In this document: piece after piece, positions 1-15,107 of the stretch
How the letters are laid out: each line of letters opens with the position of its first letter
Numbering within the stretch: position 1 is the first letter of the stretch
Assembly: GCA_963836075.1 (NCBI GenBank)
Contig: CAWIIB010000010.1
Location: forward strand, 1-21,939
Length of the DNA: 21,939 nt
Origin: an uncultured Acidobacteriota bacterium
GTDB taxonomy: Bacteria; Acidobacteriota; JAQAZP01
Direction: 5' to 3'
Position numbers and translations under genes: made by a program
The notes under the pieces: model-generated
Database searches by the model: none
The model's input: the letters and a program-made list of their open reading frames with translations, nothing else
Told to the model about the DNA's origin: nothing

Positions 1-29
1 ACGGACAACTCTCTGAGAAGTTTCCTTCT

Positions 30-1730
30 TTATGGTCGAATCTCGAACAGATAGCCGTATCCGTCCTTCGAGCGGGCGGCGAAGCGCAGCAGGTCGGGGT
101 GCGACTGGTCCGGCCGGGCCCGCAGGAACCAGCCGGCATTGGCCAGAGGGCCGCCTCGTCCAGCGATGCCGGGTCACGGGTGATCAGCAGCCAGCTGACC
201 CCGGTCTTCCTGGCATAGCTCACGGTCTGCTCCAGCGAGTCGTTGGGCAGGGAGCGGAAGCTGCCCCCCGCATACCAGGCGAACTGCGGCACCACGCTGA
301 TCACCGGGTCGCCCGGTGAGGTGATCTCCCGGAACTCGGACAGCGGCGCCGAAGCCTCGGAGAGCCAGGGCCGGGAGAGCATCTCGTGGTAGAGCTGCGG
401 TGTGGCCACCAGACCGCCGGCCAGGATTACGGCCAGGATCCCCTCGCGCAGACCCTGATCCCCGGTTTTTCGCCGACCATGCCGATAAAGGCGTAGAGCT
501 CGGTGAAGATCTGCAGGATCACCAGGGGGAAGACCACCAGCAGGTAGCGCTCCACCAGGCCGGTGAGCCAGGGAGAGCGAGAGCAGGTAGAAGATGATCA
601 ACAGCGGCAGCATGGCCCGGGCGAAAAAGGGCTGGGGCCGGTTGCGGCCCAGCAGGGAGAGCACGGCGGTGACCAGGAAGAGCCAGGCGATCGGCTTGCC
701 GACGATGTTGGCGAGGTATGCCGAAATTGGCCCAGAGCCGGATCGGCGGTTTGCTTGGGGCAGGTGCAGCGACTCGGGGATGCGCCTGGTCGGGCGGCTG
801 TCCGTGTCTCTGTCCTCCAGCAGGACACGTAGGATACATCTCGGAGCCGTCCGGGATCAGCTTCATCCAGAGCCCGCCTCCGGTTGTAGAGCGTGTCGTA
901 GTCCGGCGCCTCGTAGCCCGGATCTCCCGCACCTCTTCGGCCACCTCTGCGTCCGGGGCGATAACCTCGTACTCGGCCCATGCGGAACCGCTGCTCGGTG
1001 GGCAGTGCCCGGTCTGGGCCTGGACCACCAGCAGGTAGGGCAGCCACCAGCATGGCGGCTCCGGCCAGGACCAGCAGGCTGCGCAGCAGTGCCTCCTTCA
1101 GCCGGTCGCGCATCGTGGCCAGCCCGTGGGCCAGGGTGAAGAGGACGAAATAGACCACCAGCACCAGGCCGATCTGCCGTGAGAGTAGGCCAGGCCGGTG
1201 GCGATCCCCAGCAGCAGGCAGGTGAGCCTCCAGCGATCGGGACTGGTTCAGCAGCCGCTGCCAGAGGAGCAGGGCGGTCAGGTGGAGGCGATGAACAGCG
1301 GTTCGGTGAGCGGGGTCAGCGCCATGGAGAGGTAGTGGTAGTTGAGCTGGATCAGCAGCACGGCGCAGACGGCCACCGCCCGGTGGCTCATGTTGCGCAG
1401 GAAGTAGAAGCCGAGCACGCTGGAGCCGAGCATGAACAGGGTGGCTCAGCAGCCGTGCCGCCACCAGCGCGTCGCCGGTGAACAGCTTGAACAGGCCGAT
1501 GAGCAGCGGGAAAGCGGGGGCAGCACCAGGCCCACGTCCACGTGGCCCCAGGAGGGGAGGTAGAAGAGCCCGTTCGTGGAAGAATGTTGGCTGCCCATGG
1601 CGATGTAGGCCGCCGAGTCGGGAAAGACGTTTTCCGGGCCGTTGGTGAGATACCAGGTGGCCGGGTTGAGCAGGAGCAGGATGACAATGCAGATCAGATC
1701 GGCCTTGTTTCCCTTGGTGAGCTTCGCCAT
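30..1730 (-). CDS. GT-C fold multi-pass membrane glycosyltransferase (ArnT/PMT_2, GT39/GT83-like), rebuilt across frameshifts
   Basis: ATG at 1730 overlaps the upstream TAA (TAATG). N-terminal TM helix followed by 'FPDSAAYIAM' (acidic-loop motif typical of GT-C), then further hydrophobic pieces in shifting frames ('FPLLIGLFKLFTGDALVAARLLS', 'LSRQIGLVLVVYFVLFTL'). C-terminus reads 'DLLRFAARSKDGYGYLFEIRP*' with TAA at 30-32. Confidence 0.6.
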
Positions 1731-3615
1731 TACCGACTCCTTTCCTCCAGTGCGGCGAGCCTGGTCCGCGCCTCGCCGTGGTTCCGGTCCTGTTCGAGGA
1801 TCTTCCGGTATTCATCGGCCGCTTCCCGGGCCAGCCCTGCCGTTCCAGCAGGGCGGCCACCCGCAGCCGGGTATCCATCGCATCGGTTTCCTGGTCCAGG
1901 TAGCGGCGGAAGTGGATGATCGCCCGGTCGTATTCCCCCCGCTTCTCGTATTGCACCGCCGAGTTGTGGTTGGCCAGGGCATCGTCCGGGATCGATAGCC
2001 AGCGCCTTCTCCCAGTGGGCCAGGGCCAGGTCCACCTTCCCCTGGTGGAACGGATCCCGCCGAGGTTGGTGTGGGCCCTGGCATATGTCGGGGTCGATGC
2101 GCAGGGCTTCCTCCAGGCTGCGCGCCGCCTCCTCCATCCGCCCTCGCGGAGCAGGGCCGTGCCGAGATTGTAGTGGGCGTCGGCGTTTTCCGGATCGAGC
2201 CGGACGCGCCCGGCCGGCGTGACGCAGGGCCTCGCGCACCTGGTTGCGGTCGATATAGAGCGCGCTGAGGTTGTTGTGCGGCCGCACCTTGTTCGGTGAC
2301 TTCCGGGCCGCGTCCGTGCCAGAGGGTCAGCGGGTCGGCCCAGACGGTATTGCGCTGCCAGGTCCAGACGGAGAAGAGCAGGGTGATCACGGTGAGGGCG
2401 GTCACCGCGATTTTCGGCTGTTGAACAGCGGCCAGGCCAGGGCCAGCAGGGCCAGGGGGATGAACATGGTGGGCAGGTAGGCCCGGTGTTCGAACATCAG
2501 TTCCAGGGCGATCACCGAGGACTCGATGGCCAGGTTGCCCAGGAACCAGAGGATGGCAAAGGCCAGCAGCCGCCGTCGGCGGGCCAGGGTGAGGGCGGCG
2601 ACCAGCAGGCCGGCCACCGCCAGCAGCGCGGGCAGGGTGGCGGCCGGATCGAGGATGGAGCGGGAGACCGCCACCTGGTGGTCGAGGTTCAGCCGGCCGG
2701 GGAGGGGCAGGGCAAAGAGCCCGAGGTAGTCCAGCACCACCCGCGGCTGGGTCAGCAGCCGCTGGGTCATGGTGAAGTCGCGGAACTCGTAGCTGTCCAG
2801 CACCCGCTCCACCGGGCTGGTCCCGAGGAAGAGCAGACCCGATGACAATGGAGACGGCCAGCAGACCGGCGATCCAGGGCAGGGCTCGTCTGCAGCCAGC
2901 CGCGGTCCAGGTCCTGGAGAAAGAAATACTCGTAGAGCAGGATCATCAGCGGCAGGGTGGCGGCGATCTCCTTGGTCCCGCAGGCCAGGAGGCCGGCTGC
3001 CGCGCAACCGGCGAAGACAGGGCCAGCCCGGGAGCCCCTCCTCCACCCGTCGCCGGCCGTGGAGGTAGAGCAGCATGGCCAGGAGGTAGAACATGGCGGC
3101 CATGCTGTTCATCCGCTGGACCACGTAGGTCACCGACTGGGTTTGCAGCGGGTTGGCAAACCAGAGCAGGGCGGCAAACAGGGCCAGCAGGTCGGGGCGG
3201 CGGAACCGCCCGTGAAACAGCGGCAGGGCCAGGGTCCCGCGGATCAGCAGGAAGAGGAAGAACCGGCGAGGATGTGGACCGCCGTGTTCACCAGGTGATA
3301 CCCGGGAAGCCGGTAGCCGTGGGCCATGTAGTTTAGGGCGAAACTGGCGTAGGCCAGCGGCCGGTGGGGGGCCGGGCTCTCCCGGGAGGCGGCGACCAGG
3401 TTGGCCACCGAGATCGACGTCCAGCGGATGCTCTTGTTGTCCCGGATGCTCGCCTCGTCGTCGAAGACAAAGGGCACCTGCAGGGTGTTGGCGTAGAGCA
3501 GGGAGCCGAGGATGACGAAGAGCAGCAGCGCCGCCCAGGACGGGATCGCCAGCGGCCTGGTCGGGCGTGCGGCGGCGGGCTTTCTCCCGCTTCCCTTCTT
3601 CTTTTTTTTCTTCAC
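1730..3615 (-). CDS. TMTC-like membrane glycosyltransferase (putative protein O-mannosyltransferase) with C-terminal TPR repeats, rebuilt across frameshifts
   Basis: Motifs 'YANTLQVPFVFDDEASIRDN', 'HRPLAYASFALNY', 'GYHLVNTAVH', 'NPLQTQSVTYVVQR', 'FEHRAYLP', 'RNTVWADPLTLW', then TPR-like helices ('RPHNNLSALY', 'LEEALRIDP', 'WEKALAIDP'). Stop TAA 1730-1732. GTG start at 3615 (VKKKKKK) is tentative. Confidence 0.8.
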
Positions 3616-3673
3616 GTTGTCTGCACCGGTGGATGGCAGGGTTTGGGATCGCCGGATTTCCGGCGGCACGAAT

Positions 3674-3703
3674 AGCGTATCGATCCGGTCTGTACCCTGT
3701 CAA
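3674..3703 (-). promoter_or_regulatory. Putative sigma70 promoter for the TMTC/GT-C operon
   Basis: Minus strand TTGACA (3703-3698), 18 bp spacer, TACGCT (3679-3674), about 60 bp upstream of the proposed start. Confidence 0.5.
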
Positions 3704-3735
3704 ACCTTCGAATGGGGTCTCCAGCTCCCTGTTTC

Positions 3736-3764
3736 TTGACACACCGGTCCCTGCCGGGCAAAGT
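3736..3764 (+). promoter_or_regulatory. Putative sigma70 promoter for chrA, back-to-back with the TMTC promoter
   Basis: TTGACA (3736-3741), 17 bp spacer, CAAAGT (3759-3764). The -10 match is weak. Confidence 0.4.
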
Positions 3765-3833
3765 ATCGGAACCAGGATTGCCGCCTGATTGAACGGCGGG
3801 CTTCACCTGCACCTGAGATATCGGGACAACGGG

Positions 3834-5043
3834 ATGATCGAAACGCTGCCAGCACCGGTTTGTCGGCCGGAAGGCTCTTCCTCGTCTTTCTGCGCCTGGG
3901 GCTCACCTCGTTCGGCGGGCCGGTGGCCCACCTGGGATACTTCCGCGAGGAGTTCGTGGCGCGCCGCAAGCTGCTCGAAGAGGATTCCTACGCCGACCTG
4001 GTGGCCCTGTGCCAGTTTCTTCCCGGCCCGGCCAGCAGCCAGGTGGGAATGGGCATCGGTCTCTCCCAGGCCGGCATCCGCGGGGCGCTGGCCGCCTGGA
4101 CCGGGTTCACCCTGCCCTCGGCCGCGGCCCTGGTGCTGTTCGCGCTGGGGCTCGGGGTGCTGGACGAGTCGGTGGTCCACTCGGGCTGGCTGCACGGGCT
4201 CAAGGTGGCGGCGGTGGCCGTCGTGGCCCTCGCCGTCTGGGGCATGGCGCGGTCCCTTTGCCCCGACCGGATGCGCGGCAGCCTGGCCGTGGTTGCCGCC
4301 GGGATCGTCCTCTTCTTCCCGGGGGTCTGGGGCCAGGTGGCCGCCATCCTGGTCGGCGGGCTGTGCGGCCGGGCTGCTGCTCGATATCGATTCCCCGCAA
4401 TCCCCATCGTCCCTCTCCGCCTCGGTGGGCCGGGGGACGGCGCTGGCCAGCCTGGCACTCTTCTCTTTGCTCCTCTTCGGGCTGCCCGTTGCCGCCCGGG
4501 TCGGTCCCGCACCACGCCCTGGCCCTGGTCGACAGCTTTTACCGCTCCGGGGCGCTGGTTTTCGGCGGCGGCCATGTGGTGCTGCCCCTGCTCCAGGCCA
4601 GGTGGTCCGCCCGGTTGGGTCAGCGGCGACCTCTTCCTCGCCGGCTACGGTGCGGCGCAGGCCGTCCCCGGGCCCCTGTTCACCTTTTCCGCCTATCTCG
4701 GCGCGGTGATGACTCCGGCACCAGGGCGGCTGGCCTGGTGCGGCGATCTGCCTGGTCGCGGTCTTCCTGCCCGTCGTTCCTGCTGGTGGTGGGGGTGCTG
4801 CCGTTCTGGGACGTGCTGCGGGCCAAGACCCGGGTCCGCTCCGCGCTGGGGGGCGTGAATGCCGCGGTGGTGGGGCTGCTGCTGGCGGCGTTCTACCACC
4901 CGGTCTGGACCAGCGGGATCCTTTCCGCCGCCGATTTCGTCCTCGCCCTGTTTGCCCTCGGCCTGCTCACGCTCTGGAAGACGCCGCCCTGGCTGGTGGT
5001 GCTGCTCAGCGGAGTGGGCGGGTGGCTTGTCTCGCTGATCTGA
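3834..5043 (+). CDS. chrA: Long-chain chromate efflux transporter (CHR family), frameshifted
   Basis: 'LFLVFLRLGLTSFGGPVAHLGYFREEFV', 'DLVALCQFLPGPASSQVG', second-half 'FYRSGALVFGGGHVVLPLLQA', 'FLAGYGAAQAVPGPLFTFSAYLG', 'GVNAAVVGLLLAAFYHPVWTS'. Stop TGA 5041-5043. Start is ATG 3834 (needs a frameshift) or TTG 3860. Confidence 0.92.
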
Positions 5044-5153
5044 TCCGTAACAGATCGCTCCGCAATACATCGCTCCGGCTGCCGGCGTTCCGGTTCGCCT
5101 GGAGCGGCTTCTACCCCAGCACTGCAGTGGCGGACTGACTTTGGCTGGGGGCA

Positions 5154-6525
5154 CTACTGCACGTAGCCCAGGGCCTCGAGGCGCTCGAGATTCTCCTGGT
5201 CGGGAGACGCGGCCCGGGGGCCGGCTCCTTCCCGCCAGTGTCCCATCAAGCGGTGCATCTCCTGTGCCCGCCCGGTCTCCCGGGCAGCAAGGTTTGTGCG
5301 CTCGGCCGGGTCCTGCTCCAGGTTGTACAGCTCCACCTGTCTGCGCCAGGGAGTGACCACAAGCTTCCAGGGATACTGGAGCACCATGGTGGACTTGGAC
5401 AGGTTCCGGTACTGGCCGGGATTCCGGTCTTCCACGCTCCACGGTCTGCTGGCTTCGGCAAAGGCGAGCCGTGGAGCCGGGGACATGGAGAGATCGTGCC
5501 CCTCAGACTCTCCGCCTGGGGGGATCCCGGCTGCCGCCAGCAGCGTGGGGAAGAGGTCGAGAGTCTGCACGGTTTCGAATACTGTGCCAGCCTGTTTTCC
5601 TGCACCCGGAAAGCGGATGATCAGCGGCACCCTGATGCTCGGCTGGTAGACGTAATTCCCGTGGTAGAACTTGAGCCGCCGCTCGGTGAGATGCTCGCCG
5701 TGATCGGCAGTGATGGTCACCAGGGCATCCTGCAGTTACGTGCTCTTCAATTCATCCAGCAATGGGCCGAGACTGTGGTCGAGGTAGGCGATTTCGCCGT
5801 CGTAGAGGTCCACCAGGCGTCGCAGATCGGCCCGGGTGGGTTGATCTCGTTCTGCCACAGTCGTTCCAGGTAGGCCATGCTGCCGTCGGCCGGCCCCTGG
5901 TAGGCGCTGCCGTATATCGTGTCGAACGGAGCCGGCGGGTCGTAGGGAAAATGGGGGTCGAAGTAGTGGACCCAGAGGAAGAAGGGGCTGTCGCTATTCT
6001 TGCGCAACCAGTTGAGGGCGGCTGCCGTGGTGGCTTCGGCCCGGCGCTGGTCCTGGTCGGCAGCCGAGATGCCGAATTCCTCGTCGTAGCGGTCGAAGCC
6101 CCGGGCCAGGCCCATGTCTGAGGCAAGGGCCGAGCAGCTGACAAAGGCCGCAGTCCGGTAGCCACGGCTGGCCAGCAATTCGGCCAGCGTGGGGATACCG
6201 GCGGCCAGGGGAAAACTGTTGCGGGGGATGCCCAGACTCTGGGGATGCCGGCCGGTCATCATCGCCGCGTGGGAGGCCAGGGTGGTATTGATGGTGGAGT
6301 AGGCGTTGTCGTAGCGCTGTGCATCAGCGGCAAAGGCGTCGATGTTCGGTGTGCGGGCCAGCGTATAGCCGTAGCAGCCCAGGTGATCCGCTCGCAGCGT
6401 GTCAAGGGTGATCAGGACGATGCTGGTCTGCTCAATCTGCCGGGGAGCTGCACCCCACGGCCAGCAGGATTGCCACCCCGGTCAGCAGCAGGGACAGGTC
6501 GCGGGGATCCTTTGCCACGCTTCAT
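5154..6525 (-). CDS. Sulfatase-like hydrolase/transferase (alkaline phosphatase superfamily), probable lipoprotein
   Basis: Rebuilt N-terminus MKRGKGS(R)[17 protein letters not shown] (lipobox) with GGAG upstream; 'IVLITLDTLRADHLGCYGY', 'TTLASHAAMMTG', 'GYRTAAFVS', 'FFLWVHYFDPHFPY', 'ITADHGE', C-terminal 'ERLEALGYVQ*'. Confidence 0.85.
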
Positions 6526-8251
6526 GGCGCTCCATGATCGGCGCCGGCTTCGGCTGAATCCACCGCTGCCGCCGGCTCCGGACCACCGGGTCCAGCGCCA
6601 CCAGTTCCTCCTCGTCCAGCACCATCCGCACATTTTCGAGATCGCGGACCAGGGAGCGGCCGTCGATCTCCGCCGGGCCGGGTATGCCGGCCAGTTCGGC
6701 CAGTGTTGGCGCCAGGTCCACACTGTTCACCCGGTCGTGCACACGTCCCGCCGGGATGCCGGGGCCGAGCAGAATCAGCGGCACGTGGGTGTCGTAGCGG
6801 TGCGGCGTGCCGTGGGTGGTGGCCGATCCGCGGGTCAGTTGTAACGCTTCGAACTGCACGAGGAAGTCGGGGCTGCGGCCGGCGTGGAAATTGTTGTGGT
6901 AGAAGGGAAATTCGGATCATCGGGGAACGAACCGCCGAGCAGGTCGCCCCGGGTCCAGATACGTTCCACCGCGGGGCATTCGCCAGGATTTCGCCACTGT
7001 CCGTTCCAGTTTTTCGCGGGGGACGCCGGAGGCTCCACGGCCGCCGGATTGAGGAAGGGGCCGGGGAGGAACCAGTCCTGGTCACCGAACCGTTCATCGA
7101 GCTGCCGGCCGGTTTGGTGAAAGCAGAGCACGCCTTCGGCGGTGAGCCTTGAACCGGGTTGGCCAATGCTCCTGGCGATACTCGGGTACCGGCGCCACGC
7201 CATGGTCCCCGGTGAAAGGCGATCAGCAGGTGATGCTTCCCAACCTTATGGGTGACGATGAAGCGAACAGCGGCCGAGATAGGTGTCGAGGCGCATCAGG
7301 GTGTCGAGCACTTCGCGGCTGTTGGGCCGTAGTCGTGACCAACCCAGTCGAGGGCCGAAAAGGAGAGGAAGAGGAGGTCGGTGGATCTGTCCATCCCCAG
7401 CTCTTCGGCTTCGATAAGCCTGGCGCCGAAAGGGCCAAAGCAGTTCGTCATCCCAGGGAGACTCGACGGCGCCTCGTAGAACCAGCGTTCCGGTGCTGGG
7501 GAGGAACGCCGAAGACGTGGGGGAACCCGGTGTGCAGCGGGCCGAAATCGGTGATCTCGATCTCGGCGGCGGCCAGCTGCTCCTCGGGAGACCGGCAGCG
7601 GCTCCCAGGCCTCGCGGAAGTGCCGGAGGAGGGGCCGATGGTCGTTGAACTCGTCGACCCAGGCCGGCCCCCCATCCGGATAGTAGTAGTCGGAACTGAT
7701 GAAGTGCCGGTCTTCTTGTGATACCAGAACGCGCCGTCGGCGTCGTGACCGCCCATGGTGATCGCCGCACGGTCCTTGCCGCTGGCCGCGAACACCCTCG
7801 ATCGCGAATCGGCGGACTTCAGCCAGTCGCCAAGCGCAGGGGAGAGCATGCGGCGCGGCGAGTAGTCGTATTCGTCGTCGTCAACTGCGTAAATTCGATC
7901 GCCGGTGTCCTTTTCATACCAGTCATTGCCAATGATGCCGTGCCGGCCGGGGAAGCAGCCGGTGGCCAGGGTGGCGTGGCCCACCGCGGTGGAGGTGACG
8001 CATGAAAGTGGTGTGCCTCGGAGAACCACGCACCATGGCGGATCAACACGTGGAGGCCGCCTCTGAAGAGGGGCGCGAACGGTCCAGGTATTCCGCGGCG
8101 CACTGGTCACCACCAGCACAAGAATCAGGCGCACGCCCCGGTTCCCGTTCCGCCGCTGTTTCAGTCTCGGCCGGCGGCGGTCTGGGGATCCACAGGAGAT
8201 CAGTGTCAGCAATATGGCCAGGATCAGTGCGGGTAGTGCTCTCTTCTGCAT
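6482..8251 (-). CDS. PafA/PhoK-type alkaline phosphatase (type I phosphodiesterase/nucleotide pyrophosphatase family), lipoprotein; 3' end uncertain (about 6480-6640)
   Basis: GGAGG RBS before ATG 8251; signal [20 protein letters not shown]; 'LILVLVV(DQ)', '[25 protein letters not shown]' (Thr nucleophile), '[13 protein letters not shown]', '[18 protein letters not shown]', 'VDLAPTLA'. The family-like sequence ends near 'IDGRSLV'. Confidence 0.85.
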
Positions 8252-8270
8252 TTGTGTTCCTCCTGTGGAA

Positions 8271-8299
8271 AGCGTAGCCCAGGGGATGGAGATTGGCAA
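8271..8299 (-). promoter_or_regulatory. Putative sigma70 promoter for the phosphatase/sulfatase pair
   Basis: Minus strand TTGCCA (8299-8294), 17 bp spacer, TACGCT (8276-8271), just upstream of the GGAGG RBS. Same -10 hexamer as the TMTC promoter. Confidence 0.55.
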
Positions 8300-8315
8300 G
8301 GGACGGATGCAACAG

Positions 8316-8471
8316 AATGGGGTCAGGCACCTATTAATCGGTTCCGATAAGCTTCCTGTGTTCGGAAATGTGGTTCCGCCACCTAAAAGAGGTGTAAAAA
8401 TAGGTGACTGTCGCTCATCTATTTTGGCCGTTTTGCTATAGCTGAGTTGATGAAAATGGGTGACTGTCACC
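8316..8471. repeat. Cluster of short related palindromes (REP-like)
   Basis: AATGGGGTCAGGCACCTATT (8316-8335), ATCGGTTCCGAT (8337-8348), AAAATAGGTGACTGTC (8397-8412), AAAATGGGTGACTGTCACC (8453-8471) in an AT-rich intergenic stretch. Confidence 0.5.
8396..8425 (-). terminator. Putative intrinsic terminator downstream of uvrA, possibly bidirectional
   Basis: AAAATAGGTGA-CTGTCGC-TCATCTATTTT inverted repeat (11 bp arms, one mismatch) with A/T tails, about 50 bp after the uvrA stop. The stem is AT-rich. Confidence 0.4.
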
Positions 8472-8474
8472 GCA

Positions 8475-14001
<5,527 letters not shown>

Positions 14002-14161
14002 TCCGCTGGTGACTCCCCGGTGACCGCCGGGGTTCCGTATCGCTTTTCGAAGTGAAAGAGCATAGCAGGATTTCCTGGCGGCGCACACCTGAACCGCTGG
14101 GTCACGGCCCGGTGTGGATGGCCCGTCACTCCTCGATCCGGGCGTCCCGGGCGGTCACGAA

Positions 14162-14196
14162 TGCGGTTGACCGCAGCACTTTCCCCATGCTAGACT
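14162..14196 (+). promoter_or_regulatory. Putative sigma70 promoter of the cyanophycin operon with an inverted repeat over the -35
   Basis: TTGACC (14167-14172), 18 bp spacer, TAGACT (14191-14196) with extended -10 TGn; perfect inverted repeat TGCGGT-TG-ACCGCA at 14162-14175. Confidence 0.6.
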
Positions 14197-14269
14197 TCGT
14201 CCCCTAATTCATACATAAGTAGTGGCTTACGCACTGTTGCAGGGCAGGCGGCCAACATTCGGTGAATCA

Positions 14270-15085
14270 GTGAAGCAAGATCGGAAAAGACAAGGGGGAG
14301 GCGGGGGTATCTCGTCCTCGTCGGCGGCGCCGAGGACCGGACCGGAAGGAAAGAGATCCTCAGGCGGACCATGGAGCTCAATGGTGCGGAGACGGTGTCA
14401 GTCATCCCCAGTGCCAGCCGCCACCCGGTGGAACTGGTCCAGCAGTATCGCCGGGCCTTTCGTGCCCTGGGGGTCGCGCAAGGTCCACGCCCTCGATATC
14501 CGCAGCCGTGTCGAGGCCGACCGCAATCGACACGCTGTGCGGATCAGCGAATCGGACCTCATCTTCTTCACCGGCGGCGACCAGGTGCGCCTGGTGCGCC
14601 TGCTGGGAAACAGCCGGGTGATCGAGGAGACGCGGCAGAGATTGCGCCAGGGCGCCACGGTGGCCGGGAGCAGCGCCGGGGCCGCCGCGGCCAGCGATCC
14701 GATGCTCTACGACGGCCAATTGAAGGGCCTGCACAAGGGACGGGTGCGGCATCACCGGGGGTTCGGTTTTATCCGGGGGATCACCATCGACACCCACTTT
14801 GTCCAGCGCAATCGCATCAGCCGGCTGGCGCAGTTCCTGGTCAGCAGCCGCAACGACCGCGGCATCGGCCTCAGCGAGGACACCGCCCTGATCATCGGCC
14901 CGGGGGGTATCGGTGAAGTGGTGGGCCGCGGTACGGTGATCGTTCTCAATTCCCAGGACCTGCGCTTCAATAATTTCAAGGAAACCGAACTGGATACGCC
15001 CATCTCAATGGCAGGACTCCAGCTCGGCTTTCTCTCGGCCGGCATTCGATTCAACACCAGACGATGGTCCGTTGTGAAATCGTGA
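14270..15085 (+). CDS. cphB: Cyanophycinase (peptidase S51), no signal peptide, frameshifted near the 5' end
   Basis: 'GYLVLVGGAEDR', 'VIPSAS', 'FFTGGDQVRL', nucleophile 'AGSSAGAAA', 'IDTHFVQRNRISRL', 'GIGLSEDTA'. Stop TGA 15083-15085. Start (GTG ~14270) is approximate. Confidence 0.9.
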   Translation: MKQDRKRQGGGGGISSSSAAPRTGPEGKRSSGGPWSSMVRRRCQSSPVPAATRWNWSSSIAGPFVPWGSRKVHALDIRSRVEADRNRHAVRISESDLIFFTGGDQVRLVRLLGNSRVIEETRQRLRQGATVAGSSAGAAAASDPMLYDGQLKGLHKGRVRHHRGFGFIRGITIDTHFVQRNRISRLAQFLVSSRNDRGIGLSEDTALIIGPGGIGEVVGRGTVIVLNSQDLRFNNFKETELDTPISMAGLQLGFLSAGIRFNTRRWSVVKS

Positions 15086-15107
15086 GGAACGGAAAAGGAG
15101 ATTTCTG

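Noticed and set aside
5053-5080. ATCGCTCCG direct repeat between convergent chrA and sulfatase genes
   Set aside because: Only two 9 bp copies in GC-rich DNA with no supporting context.
6430-6660. Fusion of the PafA-like phosphatase and the sulfatase-like protein
   Set aside because: A separate GGAG-ATG and a lipoprotein signal (LLAVGC) at ~6525-6450 indicate a second gene, though the upstream stop is uncertain.
14002-14160. LexA/SOS box upstream of uvrA
   Set aside because: I could not identify a convincing match to known LexA boxes.
14200-14222. ArgR (ARG box) site in the cph leader
   Set aside because: AT-rich, but only one half resembles TG(A/T)AT and there is no dyad symmetry.
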